Part shown: positions 13,777 through 24,825 of the stretch, piece by piece
How positions within the stretch are numbered: position 1 is the stretch's first letter
Layout of the letters: every line of letters starts with the position of its first letter
Source: Octopus sinensis
Taxonomy: Eukaryota
Assembly: GCF_006345805.1 (NCBI RefSeq)
Contig: NC_043006.1
Coordinates: 57,102,001-57,166,000, forward strand
Length of the DNA: 64,000 bases
Direction: 5' to 3'
Notes under the pieces: generated by a model
What the model was told of the DNA's origin: nothing
What the model saw: the letters and a program-made list of their open reading frames with translations, nothing else
Database searches by the model: none
Translations under genes and position numbers: made by a program

Positions 13777-13795
<19 letters not shown>
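12691..13795. repeat. Complex inverted and permuted repeat block flanked by (TA)n; possibly Penelope-like pseudo-LTR material
   Basis: 12691-12955 is the near-exact reverse complement of 13061-13325. About 12790-12995 is the reverse complement of about 13578-13790. About 12996-13060 duplicates about 13221-13287. Confidence 0.85.
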
Positions 13796-13809
<14 letters not shown>

Positions 13810-13824
<15 letters not shown>

Positions 13825-14573
13825 CTTGTGTGTCTGTGTTTAACTTCCCAGCACATCTCCTCCTAGCCAACAAATCCGTAGAACCACCAAAAATGGGTCA
13901 CTTAAAGTTTAGGCGAATGAAAATTGAACTACGCTATTTCTGTTCCGAAATTCATCTCGCAAGTGCAAAAATCGATAATGTGTTTGTTTAGGCCTTATCC
14001 CATGCATTGAATAGTGAACTTTACTCAGTCAGCTGTTTGATGTGAACTGTGTTCACCACGCATGCAAGCATGCATAAATTGCATGAAAAATAAAAAATCA
14101 AGATATAAAAACGAATCGCCGTAAACATTGTAGAAATTCGGCAAAGAAATGAATTTTCGGGATGTAGCCTGGAGGGTTTTTTCGTATTAATCGTTTGGAC
14201 TTTGTGAACACATACCAATTGTTTTCATAACATTTTTAATGCTTTGAATTAAATGTGACCATCTTGTGTTGAGTCTGCAGTTTGAATCACTTTAACCAAA
14301 TTTTAGCAGGCCAGATTTTTGATCATCACGATACGTCGCCAGTGACTCCCTGAAACTCTCCCCTGAATTCAACAATGCAATTATTTGATCAACAAAAATT
14401 TATGAAACGCTTCTACGTACTTCCTATTGAGGAAATGGAACACATAAGCGCAAAAATAGAGGGCATTAGATGCTTGATTTTAAAACCAAAATAATTGAAT
14501 TTTGATTGAACTTCATCTAAGTTTAGCTTAATTCACGCATGCATAGAACGCACGAGCCGGGCAATACTGCTAG
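13810..14573 (+). mobile_element. Non-autonomous Helitron-like element
   Basis: Begins tatataaaacacttgtgtgtctgtg and ends with GC-rich gcacgagccgggc followed by CTAG (14570-14573) then T. Similar 3' ends occur at 14918-14946 (cccgagcaaggccggg...ctag) and about 52100-52129. Confidence 0.55.
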
Positions 14574-14663
14574 TATATATATATACAAATACACACCCAC
14601 ATATATATATTATAGTCTCAGTTTTGTGAGTGGGTTTTGTACTCGGAAACTGAAAGGAGTCTG

Positions 14664-14707
<44 letters not shown>

Positions 14708-15622
14708 GTTTGTGTGTGTGTTTATACCCCCACCATTGATTGGCAACTGATGTTGTGGTGTTTACATTCCCATAGATTTGCAGTTCAGCAAAATACACTG
14801 TTAAAATAAGTAATTAGGCTTACAAAGAATAAATCCTGTAGTTGATTTTTTCCCGCATGGCCGCAGTCATATGACTGAAACAAGTAAAACAAAAAAAAAA
14901 AAACTATACCATTTTAATCCCGAGCAAGGCCGGGTATCTCTGCTAGTATATTATAAAAATAATTCCAAAAAGAAAAGAAATTAAATCAAGGATCAGCAAT
15001 AATAACATATTCTTCACTGCAAACCTCAAATCATTACCAGTAACCAAATGAAATCATACTTGGTATTGATTAACATTAAAAAAATAGATGCAGACAAACA
15101 CAAGAATTACAAAAATGTGTGTGATATTCTGTAAAAATCACAGGGTTTGAATAACTTTTTTGTGGTACATAGCTAGTTTTGTATGGGGTCAATATAAACA
15201 GCTGAAGTAATTCTGATGCATATTAATGGTAATTATAGTGAAAATCCCCAGTGAACATAAGGGCAGTTGATCAATCACCAAAGGAATTTAGACAGAAAAC
15301 TGAGACATTAAACTTAACACAGAGCTCTAGTCTAATTCATTACCGTATTTTTTTTTTTTATAAGTGACTGTACTTTGGAAAGCAAAAATGTCTTAATCCA
15401 GAGACAAATTCATCTTGACTGTAGCTGAATGATACAAAAATAGACTAACTGTCACAAGGAATCAAACTATCATTGAAAAAATAGATAGAAAGATAACATT
15501 TGAAAAAGCAAAATGTCTTATCTACAGTTTTATAATTTAATCATCAATGTTTAAAATGAAGACAGGTATGGTAGATTGCTCCTTTTGTCACCATATTTCT
15601 TGTTATAATACAGTATCTTTCA

Positions 15623-16215
15623 TCAACATCGTTTAACGTCCGTTTTCCATGCTAGCATGGGTTGGACGATTTGACTGAGGTCTGGCGAACCAGATGGCTG
15701 CCCCAGGCTCCAATCTGATCTGGCAAAGTTTCTACAGCTGGATGTCCTTCTTAACGCCAACCACTCTGAGAGTGTAGTGGGTGCTTTCACGTGCCACCGA
15801 CACGAAGGCCAGTCTGGCGGGACTTTGCCTTTCATCCTTTCGAGGTCGATAAATTAAGTACCAGTTACGCACTGGGGTCGATGTAATCGACTTAATACGT
15901 ATGTCTGTCCTTGTTTGTCCCCTCTGTGTTTAGCCCCTTGTGGGTAATAAAGAAATAGGTACTGGCAACGGCCACGCTCAAATGGTGCCTTTCATGTGCC
16001 ACATGCACAGGAGCCAGTCCAGCGGCACTGGCAACGACCTCACCCGAATGTTTTTTTCACATGCCACCAGCACAAGTGCCAATAAGGCGACGCAGATAAC
16101 GATCACGCTCGAATGATGTCTTTTTACATGCCACCAGCATGGAGGCCAGCTTGTTGTTCTGGCAACGATCACGTTCGTATGGTACTCTTAGCGCTCCACT
16201 AGCACGGATGCCAGC
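15623..16215 (-). mobile_element. RTE 3' UTR fragment interrupted by a SINE
   Basis: catcaacatcgtttaacgtccgttttccatgctagcatgggttggacg is the reverse complement of the RTE terminus at 61330-61390. The UTR modules resume at 15961 after the SINE. Confidence 0.85.
15821..15957 (+). mobile_element. 5'-truncated CORE-like SINE with Tx1-like 3' tail
   Basis: gactttgcctttcatcctttcg...gtaccagttacgcactggggtcgatgtaatcgac body plus tail tttgtcccctctgtgtttagccccttgtgggtaataaag; near-identical to 20755-20945. Confidence 0.85.
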
Positions 16216-17459
16216 CGTCGAATTTGATTTCGATTTGTTTCAATAAATTTTGAAAATAACGAAAAATTACTAAAATACCATTGTCCTAATTAATCTGATG
16301 TTTGGAACATAAAATATTGATGGAAGGTTTTTATTTATTTCACTTTACAAAAAGTTTGTACCTTACAAACAAGAGCAGTCTAAGGCGAGTTGGTATCAAA
16401 AGGGTTAAAACCAGATCAGATTTATAATCAAAGGCGTTCTGACAATCCACTTTCAAACAGTTTATATCAGATCACAATATCTAATGTATTTCTCTTTTTA
16501 AAAATCAGCGAAAGATTATTTGAGATATCTGACTATTTCTACAAGTCGAGTGACCCCTAAGAGATTCCATCGGTGAAAGGTGAAAGCGACACAAATGGCT
16601 AAGGAATAACAAAAATACTCTAGTGCATTATATAATCGTAGGAAAACTAATGTGGTGGTAGTAGCTGTAGCAAAAGTGATGATGATGGTGATGATGCCAT
16701 CACACCTTATGTTGAACTTCCACAACAAAAAGAAATTGATGCAAGGGAGGCAACTGCATTTATATGAGTGATTTCCAAGTAAAACGGCCACATCTTAGTT
16801 GATCAAATACATCACAACATGAAGAGTACTTGTTTTATTGACATGAAAACTGTGGTGGTGGCGGAGAAAGTGATAAAGATTATGGTGGCTATGTTCGACA
16901 AAAAAAAAAAAAAATCGGGTGTTAATAGTCGAAACGTAATCTTTTGTATAAGCCATTAAGTATTTTTTTAAACTCCCACACTAATCACGATAAGTTCTGA
17001 ACAGTACCAAACACGTGTAAACTTCATTAACACAATAGAATTTACTCTAGTTCGGTGATATAATTAAGTAGCTCGCAGTAGCAAAACCCATCGAGATAAA
17101 TATCATATCAAGTGCGTGGCATACTTTCAAGACTGAAGTAGTAAACCAATACTATTGAACATGCTTCTTTTGTCACCATATCAAAATACAATTGTCAGCC
17201 TACATAAGCAAGATATAATGGGAGTTTCTGCGCACAACAAAACTTTTAGGGCAACTATTAAACGAAACGTATTCAAACTGCCTCGTTCACTGTACATGAC
17301 ACACGCACTGTATGGCAGTATTTACTACAGTGCAATAATACCCAATCATTTATGAATTGTGAGGTCTCTCCTTCCCCCAACCCAAATTCTTTAACGGTTC
17401 TATCTGCTACGCACCGCAGATTTATCAACCAGATTGCTAGGCATAATTCTACCTACATG

Positions 17460-17779
17460 GGAGACCCTCTTCGGTCATGAATGACCATGGGATTGCACCT
17501 AGAAAGTTACCCTCCGAGTCACAAGTCCGGGCAAGTTTGTTTATGGAAGGCCAGTAATCGCCCATGCATACCAGACTCCTCTTGCCACACCACCGATGTT
17601 ATCCAAGGGAAAGGCAAAGGCCGATACAGCTTGGCACCAGTGATGTTGCAACTCATTTCTACAGCTGAGTTAATTGGAGCAACGTGAAATAAAGTGTCTT
17701 GCTCAAAAACACAACACGCAGCCCGGTCCGGAAATCGAACTCTCAACCGACGCTCTAACCACTGAGCCATGCACCTTCA
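17460..17779 (-). mobile_element. tRNA-derived CORE-type SINE
   Basis: The minus strand starts gtgaaggtgcatggctcagtggttagagcgtcgg (A box) and gttcgatttcc (B box), followed by a CORE-like ttgagcaagacactttatttcacgttgctcca segment. Confidence 0.8.
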
Positions 17780-18756
17780 CATTCTACCTACATAGATCAA
17801 ATACATATGCTTGAATAATATTGTATATACTTAGAATGGAAAACGATTTTACTAAGGCTATTTTTTTTAAGGTCCTTACGCTCAAAACCAGTAATACCTG
17901 GATAACACTAAATCAGTAGATTCAACATATACTTATTCGACAACCCTACGAGGAAACAACCCAAGAAACTAGTAAGTGTTGGCTTTCTACTCGAGCTTGA
18001 TAAGTTTATAAGTACTAATTGGATAGGAACCTGAACTGGTCCTTCAGCTTAACATTTATCTAAAACCAATTTGGTATTTGTCACCATAAGAAAGATATCT
18101 AATCTCTGTCAAGAGAATACTGTCATAGCTTGTTATGATGTTATAAGTATGTACATTGGAATATAGAAACTTCTACATTCATACTTTTGCCTGGAACACC
18201 AACTAAAACAACTGAAAATCAAAAGGTCTTAATTTTGTCTCACTAGCTGTAGAGCCCTATATAAGTGGCACCCAGGTTGTTGCATCCACGTGATCTATGA
18301 AATAGCTTTCAGCTAAACATTTATTTTCATTGGTAACGATGAATTATACCAGTAACTTAAACGGAGGATGTACGGATCGCAAAGGACAGCCATTTTATAT
18401 ACACGTGTTTGCTGTAGTCAAAGGTACGTTTCAGAAAAGGGCTCAAAACCTACACAACGCTACAAAATTATGCTCTCTGGTGGTTTCTATTTACACCTAG
18501 ATTGCTAGTGTCATTTTCTTCTTCAAGTATACTACGAAGCACCGGCAATATGATACGATGAACTGGCCATATGTAACTTAACAAATAACTGACAAATATT
18601 TGTATTTGCAAAACCACCATGTTCATGCTAAGGAAATACGTAAATAAAATATTAAATACTAGAAACATAGAAAGTGATTTATTACTATCATGTGTTAAAG
18701 TGAAGAATTTGCTTAGATAAAAGTGGAATCCCGAATACAAACGTTTAAAACTACGC

Positions 18757-19400
18757 AATACTTAAACTTTGTTGAGGCCAGTATCATCTTAGTTACCTAG
18801 GCAACAAGGAAGCTAATCCTATTGGAATTAACTGTAACCTGATAAGAGAGGATGGAGCAGGCTCAAGAGAAGGAGAGCTAAGTACAAAAGGAAACTGAAG
18901 GAATGCAACACGAATGGGTGGAGAACGAGGTGTTTACCAGTAATACTTGAAACTTTGTTGAGGCCAGTATCATCTTAGTTACCTAGGCAACAAGGAAGCT
19001 AATCCTATTGGAATTAACTGTAACCTGATAAGAGAGGATGGAGCAGGCTCAAGAGAAGGAGAGCTAAGTACAAAAGGAAACTGAAGGAATGCAACACGAA
19101 TGGGTGGAGAACGAGGTGTTTACCAGTAGAGGTTGATAGACGAGGATTTGCATTCGTACTCTCAGTAATACCTTTGGAACAGTATTACAAGAATGAGCAG
19201 AAAAAGAACCACCAAGAGGTTGCGAACGCATCTCGATGGCCTTAGCTGAAAAGAGATGATCGATTGAGTCAGCTGAATGCCGTTTGGGCACAGGAACAGG
19301 CTTGGTCAATCTGAGGGGGTTGCTTAAATGAGAGCGTATTATGTGGTAAGACCCGAAACACCCAGTGACCCTAAGATACAACACTGACGATGTGTCCAAG
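18757..19400 (+). mobile_element. 3' remnant of a restriction-like-endonuclease non-LTR retrotransposon (HERO-like) with an internal 185-bp tandem duplication
   Basis: Reading through frameshifts gives roughly (T)LRP.IILV..TRKLILLELTV...ERMEQAQE.RAKY...KECNTNGWRTRCLPVEV.RRGFA, i.e. the PD...ELT RLE region of HERO-type elements. The 3' UTR agacccgaaacacccagtgaccc...acactgacgatgtgtcc also resembles that clade. Confidence 0.75.
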
Positions 19401-20049
19401 TACTGCATCTGAAGATATATGTAGGCCTGTTGATTTTAATGTTAAACCACGCTACGTGAAGTACATTAGTGGAACAGGTATACAACTTCGTGCGAGCGCA
19501 CATGTATGTGTGTTAAATGTGAAAACAATTTGGTGAAAGAAAGGAAAATATCCCGACTAAATGAACATTTTAACGTCAATTGAGATACAGTAATGTCGTG
19601 GTCAAACATTTTGTCCTCCCCTCCTCACCGATTTATTAATGCGAGGACACATGAGAGTTTGTATATAATTGAATTCTTCTCCACTGCTATCGAACAAGTT
19701 TGAAAAGATTAAAATCAATTTTATTAAACGTAGCTATTTAGCAGCGCACTCTTCAATTCCCATTGACACACAACCCCTATGAGAAACAATGCACTGATAA
19801 TGGATTAGATAAGCCTAAACCATACTGACAGAAAGAATGTAAAACTAGCAGACAAATATTCGTTATTAGCCACAGAAGTATTTGTTCAGAATAGCATTCT
19901 GTATATCTTACTTAACATAGATATACTGAAAAAAATTTTTTTTTAAGTCAGTGGCATTCGTTTTAAGAAAGAATCTCATAGATGTATAGATCTAAAATGC
20001 AAGCAAGTATTACTAGTAGACCTAGAAGCGATCAATAAACAACAAATAC

Positions 20050-20394
20050 ACAGGCATGGTTGCGTGGTTAAGAAACTCGCTTTGCAACCACAGGGTTTCT
20101 GGTTCAATACCACTGAGTAGCACCTTGGTCAAATGTCTTCTACTAAAGTCCTAGGCCGGTCAATGTCTTGTGAATGAATTTGGTATATGGAAATTGTGCG
20201 GAAGCCTGTCGTATATATACGTGGGGAGGGGATTGTGTTTGTTTGTCCCTCATCTAACTGCTTGACAACTGGTTTTGGTTTGTTTACGTCCTCGTTACGT
20301 AGTAATTAGGAAAAAGAGACTGACAGAATACTAGGCTTTAAAGAATAAGATTTGGGATTGATTTGTTCGACTAAACCCACTAAGGACTTGAAAC

Positions 20395-20395
<1 letters not shown>
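20050..20395 (+). mobile_element. Octopus-type tRNA-derived SINE (near full length)
   Basis: Head caggcatggttgcgtggttaagaaactcgc...ggttcaatacc and body ...ttgacaactgg...ttgttcgactaaaccc. Further copies at about 14700-14890, 22840-23085, 28670-29065 (-), 30520-30810 (-), 38713-39085, 44385-44735, 48888-49227 (-), 51170-51330, 53145-53440 (-), 54860-54990 (-) and 56140-56395 (-). Confidence 0.9.
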
Positions 20396-20438
<43 letters not shown>

Positions 20439-20441
<3 letters not shown>

Positions 20442-20680
20442 CCGTTCTGTCTGTGTGTGTGTGTCTTCTAGGATCTCGGGCATCCTCCATCCGATTGCGC
20501 TCAAATTTGATATGTAGATACCGACGGTATCAGGGCGTCTTCAAAAAATAACAAAAATCGATTCCATGTGAGAATGCGATCGATAAAGCCGTGGGAACGT
20601 GCATTTGTACGCGCAAATACATCAGCTGTTGCGATCGATACTACGCGTACGCGAGAAAAATGCACGGTGTCTCAAATTTA
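20439..20680 (+). mobile_element. Helitron/Helentron-like (DINE-1 type) 5' fragment
   Basis: tataatccgttctgtctgtgtgtg...ggatctcgg...ccgattgcgctcaaatttg layout directly after a (TA)n run; CpG-rich. Confidence 0.45.
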
Positions 20681-20754
20681 GGTTAAATCAGTGTTTCTCA
20701 ATGGGGAGGCCCATGGGACGGTCGGACAAGTTGTTTTGAGAAAATTTGGTATAA

Positions 20755-20945
20755 ATTTAGCGATATTTCGTCTGTCTCTACGTTCTGAGTTCAAATTCCG
20801 CCGAGGTCGACTTTGCCTTTCATCCTTTCGGGGTTGATTAAATAAGTACCAGTTAATCACTAGGGTCGATGTAATCGACTTAATCCCCTTGTCTGTTCTT
20901 GTTTGTCCCCTCTGTGTTTAGCCCCTTGTGGGCAATAATGAAATA
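20755..20945 (+). mobile_element. CORE-like SINE with Tx1-like 3' tail
   Basis: B-box gagttcaaattcc, body gtcgactttgcctttcatcctttcgggg, tail agccccttgtgggcaataatgaaat. Confidence 0.85.
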
Positions 20946-23900
20946 ATGATGATTATTATTATATTCGTTGTTGTTGTTATTATTATTATTAGTGAGCAGT
21001 GGAGGGAAACGGGAGTTTTAAGTTTCCACCTTCAGTCCTCTTCGGAGATAAGGAGCAAACTATGCCATCACCTTCGCTGTGTTACTGTCAAAAATAGTTG
21101 TCCACTTGGTAGAGCGAAGATCAATTATTTGTGAATTAATTTCTTCTAGAAATATCTCAGTCTGTATTATTACCATGTCACACAATCGACATTTAAATCA
21201 CAACAATGTCATTCACAAAGACAGAGACCAAATGTTCTCAAAACAAAAATCACAAACAATTATACTATTTGTCTGAAGAAAACCTTTATGACTATATAGG
21301 CAGCAAAATATGCAGTAAAGTAGAAAAATAATTTTAACTTAATCCATGTTCTCCAACATGTGCACCAAATGATCGGTTATATTAAGAATATCTGAGATTT
21401 GATAAGGTATATTAAAGAGTTTTTGCATCGTCTATATGATGAATCAATATGTAAATCGATAAAGCACTAGAATTAGTTTAACGTGGTATCTGACCCATTT
21501 TCTTGTCAACGATCACTGTGACCAATTTTTCTGAGCCCAATTCTTTAAAATACAACTTTTGTAACTGGTTGTAATTGGCGTTCGGAAAGGTCAATGACTG
21601 GGCACGTCCTGAGAAAACCAAATATACAACTGAAGTTTCTTGTGAATGAAAACGATTGTTGACAGTAGCTTTATGGAGGACACCTTTTACAAGTTTAATC
21701 AAAGTATGGTCAGATGTAACATTAGATTTAATGATGCTGTGGTCTTGCCACGAATAGAGATCAATGGTGAAGCAGTTTGACAAGTGTTGAGGGCAAAACA
21801 TCTATATTGCGGAGTACTTAAAGAAACGGAAGAGGGTTGCACTGCTTAAAACCTGCAACACCACTTGAAGCAATGTAGAACACTTCAAAGCTTTAAAAAT
21901 GCATGTATGCGATTTTCTTGAAAGTTCTTTTCTGGAAGCATTTTAAACTGTTTACTTCCATAGAGATATTTAAGCTTAATATTTGTAAAGACGAAACACA
22001 CACACACACACACATATATATATAACACGATCAACTAAGTCATAATCATTTACGGTAACAATATGACATTGTATGTCTGCAAAAATAAAGCTTGTTTGAA
22101 AATGGTGTGTGTGTGTAAATAAATGGTCTACACTAAATAAGAAATAAAGATACAGTGTAATGAACGCCACTTTACTAGCTGTTAAAAAGTATTATCAGCA
22201 GTCTGGTCAAACAAAACTACATTTTAGAGTAAAAGGCATTTTTATAAAGCAAAAAAAAAAAAGAAAAGAAAAAGAGAGACCAACATATATTTGCACCATT
22301 GGAGATCGATAATGAATACATGTTCAATGTTAAAGTGGGTTAGCTTTGCGTTTTGTTATTCTAGATGCCATTATTTCGTGATTTAGAATTAACTGTATAT
22401 TAAGCAAACATTTATTTTTAATCAATGTCTCCAATGGGCTTAACAAAAAGTCATTGTCTTTGGTTTTTCTCATTTACCATTAGGGAGAGAGGGGAAATTA
22501 TAAATCCTGTTCTTTTCTGCTGAAATAGTTCTGTACAATGAACAGTGAATTAGAGTGTAAGGTTCTCTTGCTCTGTATCAGATTTCAGATAACGGACTGC
22601 CTGCGAATCGGGCGCTAAACATGTTCAGTGTCAATTTTGTACCTTTCACTAACTCGCCGGAACATGGAACCATTGCGTATCTATGGATTTCTGTTACGTC
22701 AAGAAATGTGACTGGATGATTTTTTTCACACAATCACACATCACAAAGCCAATATTCCAAATGTGGAAATTACTTCACTGGTAAAGTATCATTTTGATAC
22801 TCACACTTTTCTATGTTGAGGAAGTGTTTGATCCATCTTAGTTTCAGTTATTGATCAAAGCCTTGCGAGTGGATTCGGTAGACGGAAGCAGAAAGAAGCC
22901 CGTCGTGTGTGTGTGTGTGCGTTGTTGAGTTTGAGCCCCACTAACTTAGCGGTTCGACAAAAGAGATCGATAGAGCAGATACTAGGCTTTAAAAAAGAAT
23001 AAGTCCTGGGGTCGATTTGTTCGACTAAAACCCTTCAAGATAGTGCTCCAGCATGACCGCAGTCAAATGACCGAAAAACAAAAGAATATCACATACGAGC
23101 CAAGCAATATTCGGATGGCTGATTATTTTTAAACTTTCATAGTAAAAAGAGTAGATACTCTATCCCCATCACGATCTCAATCAGATATAGTTTTTGGTCG
23201 ATAAAGCTAAGTATTAGAAATTCTGCTTTATAGCCCTTGTTCTACTTCCTGGAATAGAGTTTATTTGAATCAAGAGAAACCACTGCCAGCGATTAAACTA
23301 CAATCCCTGTTCACCCGTCCGACTGGTCAGATGGATGTAATCAATATTCAGTTGTGTACAGTTGCAATTCGACAATATGCGGAAAATGTGGATAGGAACG
23401 GAATTCCAGAGGATCGACGTATTCGGAAAGATGGATTGTAGGGGCGGGTGGCGCTGGTTATTGCAGGGCATAAGAGGAGAGAGATAGAAAGGACGATGAA
23501 AGAAGATGTGAAGGGCGAATTCTGATAGAGATAGGATGTATTTAGCGGTGACCCTGACAAATAGTAGTAGGCTGGCTTGCTTGCTTTTACTTCCGTGTCT
23601 ATGATGATGGGAGCAGTATTATTACTTTGTAGTGTATCTGTTAATACAGTTGTAGTATTCCAGTAATGCCATATAATTCTTCATATTCGTGTAATCAAAT
23701 TACATTCAACGGCTATCCGGTTATAAATAAATAGAGCATACTTTTACCTAAGTGTGTGTGGAATTTCTGGCTGGCAAGGAAATATTTCCTAACGGAAAAA
23801 AAAAAAAAGTTGGTATGTTTTTTAGACACGTACGTACGCACACAAAGCACACTTTTCAGTGTTAGCACTGCAGCCAAGGTGGAGCACGAAGCATAAAAGC

Positions 23901-24400
23901 TTTATCGATTACATCAACCCTAATACTGTCTAGTACAAAGTGATAGAAATGAAGCAAAATATCAAAGTACTTTTGTTGGGCCATCAGCCAACGAGACATT
24001 CACACAAAATATTTTCATCAGCTCCTTCCCTCAAACTACATACACAAACACCACAGAAAGAGGATACATTGCATAATGTATACCTAGATACACTGAGAAT
24101 AATATGGTCATAGCTTCAATATTTACTGGATCAACAACTTATTGTTTGGGATTGGAAACAATTTCGACCACTGCACCGTAGAACACAAATACGTCAAGTG
24201 TGGACCACAGGTACTCCACAAAATAGGATCAACATGAACACCATGAGTTTTTGGGCCAAGCCAGAAAATGCCAAGAGATTCAGAAAACTTGTGAGCTTAA
24301 CACACAACAGTGCATGGGTACTAATTTGCAGCAAAGTGCAATGCGTGCACCATTTATCATGCAGTTTAAATACTCGTTTCGTTTTTCATATATATATATA

Positions 24401-24604
24401 TAACGGGAAGCTTTACGAAAATAAACAAAAGACGAAGGCAGGTGGAGTACAAACAAACAATTGTATTAGTATGGCGCTCAGGAATAGAAATAAAACAAGT
24501 CTTTTACGCTTCGAGTCTACGCTCTTCAACGGAAAGATGCACAGAAAAGAAACCCGGAGAGAAAAAAAATGCGTGCAGGAGCTAACGATTCAACATGGCG
24601 GTCT

Positions 24605-24605
<1 letters not shown>
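24401..24605 (-). mobile_element. Penelope-like element fragment between (TA)n runs, with a degenerate hammerhead-like motif
   Basis: Flanked by (TA)n on both sides. The minus strand reads tctttccgTTGAAGAgcgtagactcGAAGcgtaaaaga at about 24500-24537. Confidence 0.5.
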
Positions 24606-24645
<40 letters not shown>

Positions 24646-24649
<4 letters not shown>

Positions 24650-24751
24650 GCAGAAGTAACAGTGACTCAAGTCCAGATTTGTGCGCTGGCACTTTGGTAA
24701 GTGCCAACGCACGAAACTCTCGGACCTTGAGTCACTGTTACTTCTGCTAAA
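24646..24751. repeat. Palindrome of about 106 bp (small MITE or hairpin RNA precursor)
   Basis: 25-bp perfect inverted arms tttagcagaagtaacagtgactcaa / ttgagtcactgttacttctgctaaa, a near-perfect inner stem and a tggt loop. Confidence 0.85.
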
Positions 24752-24825
24752 CATTAACGAAAATAAAATTATATTTTGAGTTCTATTTTTTCATGTTTGC
24801 ATCACCATACTTATATATGTGATAC

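Noticed and set aside
17700-17779. tRNA-like sequences with A and B boxes (also at 20050, 31330, 38713 and others)
   Set aside because: They run directly into SINE bodies and lack a complete cloverleaf, so they are SINE heads rather than tRNA genes.
19345-19400. GAAAC...CTGACGA in the HERO-like 3' UTR as a hammerhead ribozyme
   Set aside because: The CTGA sits in the loop of a simple stem-loop, and I could not build the three helices needed.
23290-23570. CpG- and purine-rich patch that looks like a retroelement fragment
   Set aside because: I could not assign any protein motif or terminal structure, so it is left uncalled.
24198-24650. 150-aa plus-strand ORF
   Set aside because: It crosses unique DNA, a TA run, the Penelope-like fragment and another TA run, and starts at GTG. 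It is a composite chance ORF.
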